From: Candidatus Dadabacteria bacterium
GTDB taxonomy: Bacteria; Desulfobacterota_D; UBA1144; Nemesobacterales; CSP1-2
Length of the DNA stretch: 64,000 bases
Direction: 5' to 3'
Assembly: GCA_963805855.1 (NCBI GenBank)
Contig: CAWDVW010000007.1
Location: 160,001-224,000, forward strand
Every line of letters starts with the position of its first letter. The first letter of the stretch is position 1. Below, in pieces: positions 10,762 through 21,444 of the stretch. The position numbers were made by a program, and so were the translations under genes. The notes below the pieces were generated by a model. The model worked only from the letters and a program-made list of their open reading frames with translations, did not search any database and was not told the DNA's origin.

Positions 10762-13700
10762 ATGAGAAAAGTTAAAAATAAGCAAAACCGGATAGAAAGT
10801 GAGCCAAATTCAACCAAGCGTATAAGCAGTAAGCCCTCTGAAAATTATTCAACGTCATCTAAAACTTTGATTAAGGGGAAGAGGAAAGTGAAAGATTCCA
10901 CAAATAAATTGATTGATATCGAAAAACGCCTTCGAAAACAGAATGAGGTCCTTGTGAAAATCGCTAAGAGCAGATTCATGGAGAAGGGGGATTTGACGAA
11001 TGCCCTGAGGGAAATAATAGAAGCATCTGCTAAGACGCTGGGAGTGGATAGAGTTAACGTATGGCTTTACAATTACGATCGCTCGAAGATATATTGCATT
11101 GACCATTATGAAATGAGTTCAAACCAACACTCAAAGGGACTTGAATTAGCTTCCGCGGATTATCCATCGTACTTTGAAGCATTGGAAAAAGAAAGAATCA
11201 TAGCTGCTCACGACGCACATACCGATCCCAAGACGAAAGAGTTTTCACAAACATATTTGCTACCAAACCGGATTGGTTCGCTCTTAGACGCTCCAGTATG
11301 GAAAGGCGGGAAAATGATTGGTCTGGTTTGTCACGAGCATGTAGGACCAGCGCGGACATGGACAAACGAGGATCAAGCCTTTGCGGCATCTATTGCTGAT
11401 TTTATATCGCTGGCTTTTGAATCTAGGGACCGCAAGCAAATAGAGGCGGAACTGGAGGAGTCCCATTCGCTTTTAATTGCGACCCTCGAATCTACCGCGG
11501 ACGGGATTCTAGTGGTTGATAGAGAAGGGAAAATAATAAGATTCAATAGAAAATTCGTCGATATGTGGAATATCCCTGATTCCATCATTGAGTCGAAAGA
11601 TGACAACAGGGCATTAGAATTCGTCTTGAAACAGCTAAAAGAACCGGAACGGTTTGTTTCAAAGGTAAAGGAATTATATGATCAACCGGAATCCGAAAGT
11701 TATGATCTGTTGGAGTTTAAGGATCGAAGGTACTTCGAGCGCTATTCTAAGCCACAGGTGATTGGCAATAATATACTCGGGAGGGTTTGGAGCTTTCGGG
11801 ATGTTACGAATCAAAAACGAGCGGAACAAGCTCTTCGTGAAAGCGAAGAGCGTTATCGTACGCTTGTTGAACATACCTATGATCTAATTAGCGAGGCTGG
11901 TATCGACGGACGCTTTTTGTATCTGAGCGCTAATCATAAAGAGATTCTTGGTTACGAACCAGAGGAGCTCGAGGGCAAAAATATTTTCGAAAATATTCAT
12001 CCAGATGATAGTGAAACCGTAAAGCGGGAATTTCAGAGAATAATGGAAACATTCTCCTCTGGTCATGTGGAATTCAGAATCAAACACAAAAACGGGCAGT
12101 GGAGATGGATTGAAAGCTCTGGCAAACCATTGAAGACTGCCAATGGAGAAGTCCGAGCTGTGATTGCCTCACGTGACATAACTGAGAAAAAGATTGCTGA
12201 AGAAGCACTCAAAGAGAGTCTTTCGCTGCTATCAAGAAAAAACCGATATGAGACTATTATAGGTTCTGTTACCCGGAGCGTTCACCAATCCATTGATTTT
12301 CAAGAAGTGCTAGAAAATGCAGTCGAATCCATGAGTAAAAACATAGCTGGAGCCGAAAATGTGGGGATCTGGCTTGTCGAGGGAAATGATGCCGGTTTGA
12401 AAGCCTATAGAGGGTTCCCCGATTGGTTTGTAGAGCGTTTAAGTAAAATTCCATACCCCAAAGGGGTAACCTGGAAGACTATCACGAATGACAAGCCATT
12501 ATATTCTGCGAATACAGAAAAAGATAAGGTGATGGGGCCCGCCGGGATTGAATTGGGTACAAAGAGTTATCTGTCCATGCCTATACACTTTGGGGGTAAA
12601 ACCGTAGGTGCGATAAACATAAATTCACTAAAGGAGAGTGCCTTTGACAAAGAAGAGTTAAATCTGCTTGCGATCATTTCACAGCAGATAGAAGTCGCGA
12701 TTAACAATGCTAAACAGGCTGAAGCATTGCTTGAATCGGACAGGGCGCTTAGGGAAAGCCTTGATCAATTATCTAAAAAGAACAGGTATGAGACTATAAT
12801 AAGCACCGTGACCAGGAGTGTTCACCAGTCAACGAATCTCGAGGACGTTATGGATAACGCCGTACAATCAATCAGCGAAAATATAGGTGGGGCAGACAGT
12901 GTAGCAATTTACATAGTGGAAGGTGAGGAGGCTGTGTTAAAAGCTCAACGGGGTTACAGTGATTGGTATATGCAGAGGGTTGGAAGAATTCCGTATCCAA
13001 AGGGATATGCCTGGAAGGTTATCATGGACGAGCGTTATAGATATTGTGCGGATGTGGATCAAGATACGGTTATTGGTCCCGCCGGTAGGGAGTTCGGCAT
13101 AAAGAGCTATTTATCCATGCCTATTCTATACGAAGGTAAGACGATCGGAGTGATAAATGTAAATTCGCTCCAGAAAGATGCCTTTGATGAGGATGAGTTG
13201 AAACTCCTGGAAATAGTGAGGGAGCAAATCACGGTAGCATTAAATAATGCCAGACAAAAAGGAGCGCTGGAAGAGGCGCTTTCAGAGGTCGAAAGATTAA
13301 AAGATCGGCTGGTGGACGAAAGTGAAAATATACATGGTGGTTTTGAAAGCAGCCACATTTTTAAAGATGTGAAAGGCAAAAGCATGTCACTTCAAAGGTC
13401 TCTTTTTAAGGTTTACCAATATGCATCATCTGATTCAGTACTATTGATTCAAGGTGAAGTTGGTACTGGAAAGGAACTGATAGCTAGATCTGTTCATGAG
13501 ATTAGCCCGAGGAGGCAGAGACCGTTTATTAGCGTAAACTGTGAAGAATTGTCTAAAGAAGCAATTGAGCTGGAGCTATTCGGACACGAGGCAAGGGGTT
13601 CGGCTACGGGCGCGCTCTCCATTAGGATTGGTCGATTTGAAATGGCAAATAATGGAACTATCTATCTGGAGGAGATTGGCGCAATACCACTGGAATTACA

Positions 13701-14118
13701 GTACAGCTTAGCTAGGATCTTTCAGGAAGGGGTTTTTAGTAGATCTTCAAATAACCGTCTGATTAAGGTTAATGTAAGGGTTATAGCTTCATCAAAAACC
13801 GATGTGGGTGAGCTCTTCCAGGAGGGCAAACTCGGTGAAGAGCTATACAATCAAATAAATAGTTTTCAGGTCACCATTCCGCCCCTCCGTGATCGCAAAG
13901 AGGATATTCCACTGCTTTCGAAACATTTCATTGATAAACATGGATATAAGCTGGAGAAAAAAATAGATTCAATACCCCATGAAGTTGTCGAATATCTCCA
14001 AGCCCATGATTGGCCTGGAAACGTCAGTGAACTGGACAGATTACTAGAGCAGGCAATATATCGTTCGAAGGGAACAACCCTGGAATTGCATGATTTGGCT
14101 GACCTTATTGTGAAATAA
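10762..14118 (+). CDS. GAF-PAS-PAS-GAF-GAF sensor with degenerate sigma54-activator-type AAA+ domain and no HTH
   Basis: N-terminal GAF (SLLDAPV...GLVCHEH), two PAS domains, two duplicated GAFs, GEVGTGKE Walker A, VNC, ELFGHE, IPPLRDRKEDI, WPGNV; ends shortly after the AAA+ lid. Confidence 0.88.
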   Translation: MRKVKNKQNRIESEPNSTKRISSKPSENYSTSSKTLIKGKRKVKDSTNKLIDIEKRLRKQNEVLVKIAKSRFMEKGDLTNALREIIEASAKTLGVDRVNVWLYNYDRSKIYCIDHYEMSSNQHSKGLELASADYPSYFEALEKERIIAAHDAHTDPKTKEFSQTYLLPNRIGSLLDAPVWKGGKMIGLVCHEHVGPARTWTNEDQAFAASIADFISLAFESRDRKQIEAELEESHSLLIATLESTADGILVVDREGKIIRFNRKFVDMWNIPDSIIESKDDNRALEFVLKQLKEPERFVSKVKELYDQPESESYDLLEFKDRRYFERYSKPQVIGNNILGRVWSFRDVTNQKRAEQALRESEERYRTLVEHTYDLISEAGIDGRFLYLSANHKEILGYEPEELEGKNIFENIHPDDSETVKREFQRIMETFSSGHVEFRIKHKNGQWRWIESSGKPLKTANGEVRAVIASRDITEKKIAEEALKESLSLLSRKNRYETIIGSVTRSVHQSIDFQEVLENAVESMSKNIAGAENVGIWLVEGNDAGLKAYRGFPDWFVERLSKIPYPKGVTWKTITNDKPLYSANTEKDKVMGPAGIELGTKSYLSMPIHFGGKTVGAININSLKESAFDKEELNLLAIISQQIEVAINNAKQAEALLESDRALRESLDQLSKKNRYETIISTVTRSVHQSTNLEDVMDNAVQSISENIGGADSVAIYIVEGEEAVLKAQRGYSDWYMQRVGRIPYPKGYAWKVIMDERYRYCADVDQDTVIGPAGREFGIKSYLSMPILYEGKTIGVINVNSLQKDAFDEDELKLLEIVREQITVALNNARQKGALEEALSEVERLKDRLVDESENIHGGFESSHIFKDVKGKSMSLQRSLFKVYQYASSDSVLLIQGEVGTGKELIARSVHEISPRRQRPFISVNCEELSKEAIELELFGHEARGSATGALSIRIGRFEMANNGTIYLEEIGAIPLELQYSLARIFQEGVFSRSSNNRLIKVNVRVIASSKTDVGELFQEGKLGEELYNQINSFQVTIPPLRDRKEDIPLLSKHFIDKHGYKLEKKIDSIPHEVVEYLQAHDWPGNVSELDRLLEQAIYRSKGTTLELHDLADLIVK

Positions 14119-14141
14119 GACACATAGAGAGAACGGGACAA

Positions 14142-16988
14142 ATGAAGAGAAGTAAGGATAGTTTTAATCGGTCTTTGCTTGACGCTTTTGATAATTTTGC
14201 ATCGCGCAACTGCTTCAAGGTAAAAAGGGGCTTCGGGTATCGAGATTATAATTATATGCAAATTCAAGGGTTCGTTTTTCGAATTGCGCTATTTTTACAA
14301 TCTCTCCGACTCGGCAAGGGCGAGAGGATTGCGATTGTTGCTGAAAATTCCCCTGAGTGGCTGGCGGTATTTATTGCTACTATGTTTTCAGGTTGCGTCG
14401 CCGTACCTCTATCGACAAGCCTCCGCTCGGACATGTTTAGATTAATACTAAAAGACTCAGGAGCCAGGGTTGCCGTAATTCAAGATCAACGATATTACAA
14501 TGAAATTCGCAACCATGAAGGGGAACTGCCTGATTTGAAAACAATCATTCTTGTTAACGAGTCGGTTGAATCCATGTCCGAGGTTATCTTGCTTAATTCA
14601 ATTCTAGAACAGTCGATCGCTCATAAAGATACGGCCGAAATTCGTACATTGGCAGAAGGAATTGACCCAAATGATTTCGCCCTAATTTTGTATACCGCAA
14701 AGGAAACCGATAAGCCAATGGGGGCGGCATTTAACCATTTCCAGATGTATACATCATTAGAGAATATGTCAAAATGGTTAAATTTTGAAGAGGATGATAT
14801 GGGCTTTACACTTCTCAACTGGGGAAACCCCATAAGTCTAAAGGTATCACTTGATTACTTTCTATCTGGTGTCAACAATTCTTTGGCCGAGAGTATTGAC
14901 ACCGTGTTTGAGAATCTCCAGGAAACGAGTCCTACCTTTGTCCTGACAATTCCATTTGCACTCGAGAATATATACAACAAGGTCATAACTGAGTTTAGTA
15001 AGTTTCACGGTTCGCGTCAAAGCATTTTTCTCTGGGCTTTAGCCACTAGTAAGGAGTATCATTCTGCAGGTCTGACGGCATCAAATGAATTACGTGAACG
15101 TTACAGGCGTGCTGACATGACATTTTTTAGTCAGATCAGGGGGATGTTAGGGGGTAGACTTCGTCGGATTTATTTGGCGGGTGCAAGTATATCTGAAGAG
15201 TTGGTAGATTTCGCAGAGGCTATAGGATTGAAGGCCTTCAATTTATATCATGTCACCGAGTCTGGCGGATTTCCCGCTCTTTGTGCTTCTGATGCAAACC
15301 GTCCCGGAACCTGTGGACAGGTGGCACCTGGTTTCCAAATTCGTATTGCCGATGATAGCGAGGTTCTGGTCCGGGGTGAAACTGTAATGAAACAGTACTG
15401 GAAGAAGCCCGAAGAAACCTCTCAAACGATCGATTCTGATGGTTGGTTACATACAGGGGACCTAGGACGCTTCGATTCCGATGGTTTTCTATATTTAACT
15501 GGATATAAACAGTCAGTGATTAAGTTGTCAAAAGGGCTAAAGATAATGCCAGATACGGTTGAAAAGGTATTAACCTCAAATCCGTACATTTATCAGGCTG
15601 TGGTATTAGGAGAAGGGAGACCCTATGTCTCGGCCCTCATCGTGCCAAATTATGAAGCACTTGCGGCGCACCTGCGTGAACATGCAGAAGGAGAGGTTGG
15701 AACGCTTAACATGTATCACCCTGAAGTCCATTCCCTCTTAGACAAAGTGGTTGCCGAAATTAATAGCAAATTAGACCCTTGGGAGCGAATAGAGGCTTAT
15801 ACACTTCTAGATCAGCCCTTTTCCGGGGAGAAGGGTGAGCTAACACAGTCCATGAAGGTCAACCGTAATGTAATTGCAGAACGCTATTCTGTCCATACAG
15901 AGGCGATGTATCCGATGACAATTAGATTGGAAGAGAGTGCGGTAACTCAGGTGGAACTAGAGCCTGAGCATCTTCGTGAATTGTTAGAGAAGCAAGACAT
16001 TCTTGACGCATGGATAAAGGACGCCGGTATTGGCTTCTTGTTCGACCTTGCAAGGGCGAAGCAAATCGACATCACCTCAATGGTCCATATTTGTGATACT
16101 GTTTCAGCAATTGCACAGATGCAGAGCGAAGAAAAGCCACTGTCCACTGCATTAATAGTCGGGGATCCTTCCAGAGTTTCACATGTCTTACCGGAAAGCG
16201 AGATTCAACTTCAAAGGTATGATCATATTCGCCGGATGCGTCAGGTAGTGATTACGCTTGCTAAGGTGGTAGACGGCGTGTTGTTTGCCTACGGTGTGGA
16301 TAAACTTGGTTACGTGAGGAAGATACATAAGCTAGATAGAGAACTGGATCACCCTGCCAGTTTTCTTCTTGGACCACAGTTCAGTCATCACGCAGCCATC
16401 TCTGAAAAATGTGATGCGGTTGTGTTCTTTGTGCCTAAAGGCGGTAGACAGGTACGAGTATTTGCAAATGGCCAACTCGTAGGTCGATACACAGATGGAA
16501 ACTGGTATTCGGAGAGTACACCGTATTTGGAGGAATCTGTCGCTAGACTGGCTGAACAAAAACAGATCGATTTGAAATTGTTAACAAGGATACTACGCTG
16601 TGCATTCCAGATGTCGGAGGAGAATTTAGGTGCAATTATAGTCCTGGGAGACTCGGAGGTAATTTTAAAACGCTCCGACCCCCCGGGGATAGCCGCCTTT
16701 GCAAACCTCCTCAGCACTCCTATAGAAAAGATATCCGATCGCGAATTGATCAACTTTGCCAAGCAGGACGGAGCAACAATTATAGATACAAATCAGGGTC
16801 TATTCAGGGCATGTATGGTTCTACTTAGACCTGAAGCCAATACCAAGGCTGATGTTGGAATCGGTAAAGGTGCTCGTCACAGCAGTGCTGCTAAGATGAG
16901 CGCTGAAGCAAATTGCTTGGCGATCACGGTTTCACAGGATGGTCCTATTACTTTGTACGACGCCGGAAAGAGGATATTATCTTTATAG
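14142..16988 (+). CDS. Long-chain acyl-CoA synthetase-like (AMP-binding) domain fused to tandem diadenylate-cyclase (DisA_N/DAC) folds
   Basis: ENSPEW, EVLVRGETVMKQYW, DGWLHTGDLG, GEGRPYVSALIVP, ELTQSMKVNR in the N-terminal part; KQDGATIID, GARHSSAAKMS, AITVSQDGPITLY in the C-terminal part. Confidence 0.85.
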   Translation: MKRSKDSFNRSLLDAFDNFASRNCFKVKRGFGYRDYNYMQIQGFVFRIALFLQSLRLGKGERIAIVAENSPEWLAVFIATMFSGCVAVPLSTSLRSDMFRLILKDSGARVAVIQDQRYYNEIRNHEGELPDLKTIILVNESVESMSEVILLNSILEQSIAHKDTAEIRTLAEGIDPNDFALILYTAKETDKPMGAAFNHFQMYTSLENMSKWLNFEEDDMGFTLLNWGNPISLKVSLDYFLSGVNNSLAESIDTVFENLQETSPTFVLTIPFALENIYNKVITEFSKFHGSRQSIFLWALATSKEYHSAGLTASNELRERYRRADMTFFSQIRGMLGGRLRRIYLAGASISEELVDFAEAIGLKAFNLYHVTESGGFPALCASDANRPGTCGQVAPGFQIRIADDSEVLVRGETVMKQYWKKPEETSQTIDSDGWLHTGDLGRFDSDGFLYLTGYKQSVIKLSKGLKIMPDTVEKVLTSNPYIYQAVVLGEGRPYVSALIVPNYEALAAHLREHAEGEVGTLNMYHPEVHSLLDKVVAEINSKLDPWERIEAYTLLDQPFSGEKGELTQSMKVNRNVIAERYSVHTEAMYPMTIRLEESAVTQVELEPEHLRELLEKQDILDAWIKDAGIGFLFDLARAKQIDITSMVHICDTVSAIAQMQSEEKPLSTALIVGDPSRVSHVLPESEIQLQRYDHIRRMRQVVITLAKVVDGVLFAYGVDKLGYVRKIHKLDRELDHPASFLLGPQFSHHAAISEKCDAVVFFVPKGGRQVRVFANGQLVGRYTDGNWYSESTPYLEESVARLAEQKQIDLKLLTRILRCAFQMSEENLGAIIVLGDSEVILKRSDPPGIAAFANLLSTPIEKISDRELINFAKQDGATIIDTNQGLFRACMVLLRPEANTKADVGIGKGARHSSAAKMSAEANCLAITVSQDGPITLYDAGKRILSL

Positions 16989-17254
16989 ATGCGGTGCCGT
17001 TCGGAACTTTTCACGAGAAAACAGAGAATCTTTTGTATAAGGGTTAAGCGGACTATTGTCTAAGTCGCTAATGGCCTTTAGCTCGCCCAAGGGCTTCCAA
17101 TGTAATTTTGCACGGAACCCTACTTTCCTGTGCATCGTTAACGGAAAGACTTCTTGTTTAGGGACTGACATACCGCGGGAGGGTTATTTATTGTTTTTTT
17201 TAACCGATTATGTATAAACATACAGACTAAACTGTAAAAAAGTGTAAATACCTT

Positions 17255-19634
17255 TTGCTATCTGTAATAACTAAATATACAAAATGGCTCCATACCCGCT
17301 GGCCGGCGGGCGTTGTAGAAAAACTACCCCTTGTTAATGAGGATTATTCAACTAATATTCCTGGACTGTACGTTGTCGGTGATTTAACGGGAATCCCTCT
17401 TCTTAAGTTTTCTTCCGATAGTGGGGCCAAGGTTGTCAAGAATATTCTAGCAGGTGAGGATTTTAAACGACAGAAATCCGAAGAGAAAACGAAGGGGCTA
17501 GTGGATTTAGTAATCGTTGGAGCAGGGGTGTCGGGAATGGCATCGGCGTTAGAGGCAAGGAAAGCAGGATTGAGCTTTGAGATCCTTGAAGCAACCGAGC
17601 CCTTCTCGACTATAGTAAATTTCCCTAAGGGTAAACCTATTTATACCTACCCTAGAGATATGACCCCAGCCGGTGATCTCCAATTTTCCGCTACTGTAAA
17701 GGAACCTCTGGTAGATGAGCTTAAAGAACAGACACTTCGAAGGGGTATAGAGCCTCGAATTGCAAGGGTTGAAAGAGTCATACGAAGGGATGATTTTTTT
17801 GAGGTTGTTATACCTGACGGAGAAAACCTGCTTGCTAAAAGGGTAATCATTGGGATTGGGCGTTCGGGAAATTTCAGGAAGCTCGGTGTTCCGGGAGAGG
17901 ATCTGGATAAGGTTTTTAATCGTCTGCATGATCCAAAGGATTTTTGTGGCCAAAATGTGTTGGTGGTGGGAGGCGGCGATACTGCCTTAGAGACAGCAAT
18001 CGCATTAGCGCAGTGCGGTGGCTATGTATCGTTGTCTTACAGGAAGGATGAATTCTCAAGGCCCAAACCAGAAAACATAGAACGGCTTAACAAATTGATT
18101 TCAAATCCCATGGCTGCTGTTGGGGTCGAGACCCCAACGTCAGAGCGCGTAACGACGAGTACGGGTGCTTTTATCCCTTCGGATCATGCACCAGGAAAAA
18201 TCAAATTGCTGTTGAAGACTAAGGTAAAGAGCGTCACCGAAAATGAAGTGTCACTTGTAGATGCTGATGGAAAGGGAGTATCTATTCCAAATCAAGCGGT
18301 ATTTACAATGATAGGTCGTGAGGCTCCACTGGATTTTATTCGTCGCAGCGGCATTAAGATCAAAGGTGAGATTGGCGCAAAAGGTTGGGTTGGCTTAACT
18401 CTCTTTTTGCTTTTTGTCACGTTTGTCTACCATTGGAAATCGGGGGGCTATTTATCAAGGTTTTTTGAAACACATAATTGGTTTCCTTACAATGTGCCAG
18501 ATTTTATTTATGGCTTGGGTGCATTTGTCGCTGATAAGGCTGCCGATCCTTCTACCCTATTAGGTACTTTGACGATAAACCTTGAAGAACCCGGCTTTTA
18601 TTATAGTTTAATGTACACGTCACTCATTATTATTTTTGGTATACTCAGAATCAAGCGACGAAAAACCCCTTACGTGACGGTACAGACTGTGTCTCTAACG
18701 TTTTTCCAGGTACTTCCTCTATTTTTATTACCATACATAATTTTGCCGTACATGGGCCACAATGGATTGTTCGACTCTGGGGTATTGAAATCTGTGGCCG
18801 ACTCCCTCTTTCCCGAAGTCAACTATGAGCACGGACGAGAATATTGGAGGGCATTCGGTTTTATACTTGCCTGGCCACTATTCATCTGGAATGTCTTTAG
18901 CTATCAGCCCATGTGGGGTTGGTTGATCATTAGTCTGGTCCAGACTTTTGTAATCATCCCCCTATTGATTTATTTTTGGGGTAAGGGCGCATATTGTGGT
19001 TGGATCTGTTCCTGTGGAGCTATGGCAGAGACCTTGGGTGACACACAAAGGCAGAAGATGCCACACGGTGCATTTTGGAATAGGTTGAACATGGTTGGAC
19101 AGGTAATATTGGCGGTGGCCTTTCTCATCTTAATATTTCGAATTGTCAGCTGGATATTGCCCGATACCTCAATTGGGAATCTCTTTAATCGAATCTATGA
19201 GGGGCTTCTTTATAATTGGAGTTTTTTCGGGATCCAGATTAATTACAAGTGGTTTGTTGATCTTTTCCTGGCTGGAATAATAGGGTATGGGGTGTATTTC
19301 TGGTTTAGTGGACGTGTATGGTGTAGGTTTGCCTGCCCACTGGCGGCTTTGATGCACATCTACGCGAGATTTAGCCGGTTTCGTATCCTTTCTGATAAGA
19401 AGAAAGTGTATTTCGTGTAATGTCTGCACATCGGTTTGCCATCAGGGAATAGATGTAATGAACTTTGCGAACAAAGGTATTCCAATGGAAGATCCGGAGT
19501 GCGTTAGGTGCAGTGCGTGCGTGCAATCTTGCCCGACGGGTGTTCTACAATTTGGCCAGGTAAATAGAAGAACCGGCGAGGTAATTAAGATAGACAGCCT
19601 CGGCGCGTCTCCTGTGCTGATGCGCGAGCAGTGA
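17255..19634 (+). CDS. TrxB-like FAD/NAD(P) oxidoreductase fused to a NapH/RdxA-type membrane polyferredoxin; one-base frameshift at ~19404
   Basis: VGAGVSG and VGGGDTA Rossmann motifs, several TM helices, YCGWICSCG, WCRFACP; the shifted frame continues CISCNVCTSVC and CVRCSACVQSCP to TGA at 19634. Confidence 0.85.
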
Positions 19635-19730
19635 TTTATATAAATTAAATTTGAGATAACGTTGATTAATCAATTAAAGAACCCTTTCTACTAGATATAA
19701 TATAGATTTTCTGGCGTTTAGGGAGCTTCA

Positions 19731-20657
19731 GTGCAGCCGATTATTTCAGTCAAAACTTTGAGCAAAACCTATGCCTCGGGTTTTGAGGCGCTAAAGAACG
19801 TCGATCTGGAGATTCGCCGGGAAGAAATCTTTGCACTCCTGGGTCCGAACGGCGCCGGAAAGACAACTCTTATCAGTATCATTTGCGGGATAGTCAATCC
19901 GTGCGGGGGCACTGTACTAGCGGATGGTCATGATATCGTTTCAGATTACCGAGCGGCAAGATCCAAGATAGGTCTGGTACCCCAGGAACTTACTACAGAT
20001 GTTTTCGAAACCGTGTGGGATACGATGAATTTCAGCCGCGGTCTCTTCGGAAAACCCCCGAACCCAGTTTATATTGAGAAGGTACTTCGGGATCTGTCAC
20101 TTTGGGATAGGAAGGACTCGAAGATTATGTCACTCTCGGGTGGCATGAAGCGCCGCGTATTGATCGCCAAGGCACTATCACACGAACCGAAGATACTTTT
20201 TCTCGATGAACCCACTGCCGGTGTCGACGTAGAACTGCGCCGCGATATGTGGGACATGGTGAGGAGTCTGAGAGAAGACGGTATGACTATAATCCTGACG
20301 ACGCATTATATAGGAGAGGCCGAGGAAATGGCCGACCGGATCGGGGTAATCAACAAGGGCGAGATTATTTTAGTGGAGGACAAGGCTGTATTAATGCAAA
20401 AACTGGGTAAGAAGCAGTTAAAGCTACACCTGCAGAATCCTATAAAATCAATTCCTGATGAACTGGCCGGACAGTCGCTTGAGCTTTCAGCCGACGGGAA
20501 TGAACTAATATACACCTTCGACACTCATGGTGACCAGACGGGTATTGCCGGGTTGCTAAGATGTCTGAATCAACATGGAATTGATTTCAGAGATCTCCAT
20601 TCCAGCCAAAGCTCTCTTGAGGAAATCTTCGTCGATCTGGTGAGTGAAAAAAAATGA
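19731..20657 (+). CDS. ABC transporter ATP-binding protein (YadG-like)
   Basis: [30 protein letters not shown]. Confidence 0.93.
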   Translation: MQPIISVKTLSKTYASGFEALKNVDLEIRREEIFALLGPNGAGKTTLISIICGIVNPCGGTVLADGHDIVSDYRAARSKIGLVPQELTTDVFETVWDTMNFSRGLFGKPPNPVYIEKVLRDLSLWDRKDSKIMSLSGGMKRRVLIAKALSHEPKILFLDEPTAGVDVELRRDMWDMVRSLREDGMTIILTTHYIGEAEEMADRIGVINKGEIILVEDKAVLMQKLGKKQLKLHLQNPIKSIPDELAGQSLELSADGNELIYTFDTHGDQTGIAGLLRCLNQHGIDFRDLHSSQSSLEEIFVDLVSEKK

Positions 20658-21415
20658 ACATCTATGCAATACGCTCAATTTATTTTTTCGAGATGGCACG
20701 CACCTGGAGGACGCTTTTCCAGAGCATAGCATCTCCGATCATTTCGACCTCGCTATACTTCGTGGTGTTTGGAGCGGCGATCGGATCACGCATGGGAGAG
20801 GTCGAGGGGGTTAGCTACGGCGCCTTCATAATTCCCGGTCTGATAATGCTGTTGCTTATGAGCGAGAGCATCGCCAATGCATCCTTTGGTATCTATTTAC
20901 CGAGGTTCGTGGGCACTATTTACGAAGTCCTTTCAGCGCCCATTTCCTACATCGAGATTTTAATTGGTTATGTAGGTGCTGCGGCTACCAAATCAATCAT
21001 CCTGGGATTGCTCATACTGGCTACGGCGCGGTTATTTGTTCCCTATCAGATTGCACATCCATTATGGATGATTGGCTTCCTTGTTCTTACCTCACTGACA
21101 TTCAGCCTCTTCGGCTTCATAATCGGCATTTGGGCGGACAGTTTCGAGAGACTACAGATTGTACCACTGATGATAATTACTCCGCTTACCTTCCTGGGCG
21201 GTACTTTTTACTCAATCAACATGCTGCCGCCTATATGGCAGAAGATCACGCTGTTTAATCCCGTGGTCTACCTGATCAGCGGTTTTAGATGGAGCTTTTA
21301 TGGAGTTTCCGACGTCAACGTGGTTGTCAGTTTGGGTATGACACTGCTATTTCTTACTTTATGTGTTGCAACCGTGTGGTGGATCTTCAAGACGGGTTAC
21401 CGCCTCAAGGCCTGA
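20654..21415 (+). CDS. ABC-2 type transporter permease (YadH-like)
   Basis: Six hydrophobic segments, [29 protein letters not shown] overlap with the ATPase gene. Confidence 0.92.
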   Translation: MNIYAIRSIYFFEMARTWRTLFQSIASPIISTSLYFVVFGAAIGSRMGEVEGVSYGAFIIPGLIMLLLMSESIANASFGIYLPRFVGTIYEVLSAPISYIEILIGYVGAAATKSIILGLLILATARLFVPYQIAHPLWMIGFLVLTSLTFSLFGFIIGIWADSFERLQIVPLMIITPLTFLGGTFYSINMLPPIWQKITLFNPVVYLISGFRWSFYGVSDVNVVVSLGMTLLFLTLCVATVWWIFKTGYRLKA

Positions 21416-21444
21416 GATATCGGATTTGAATTAGAGGGCAAATT

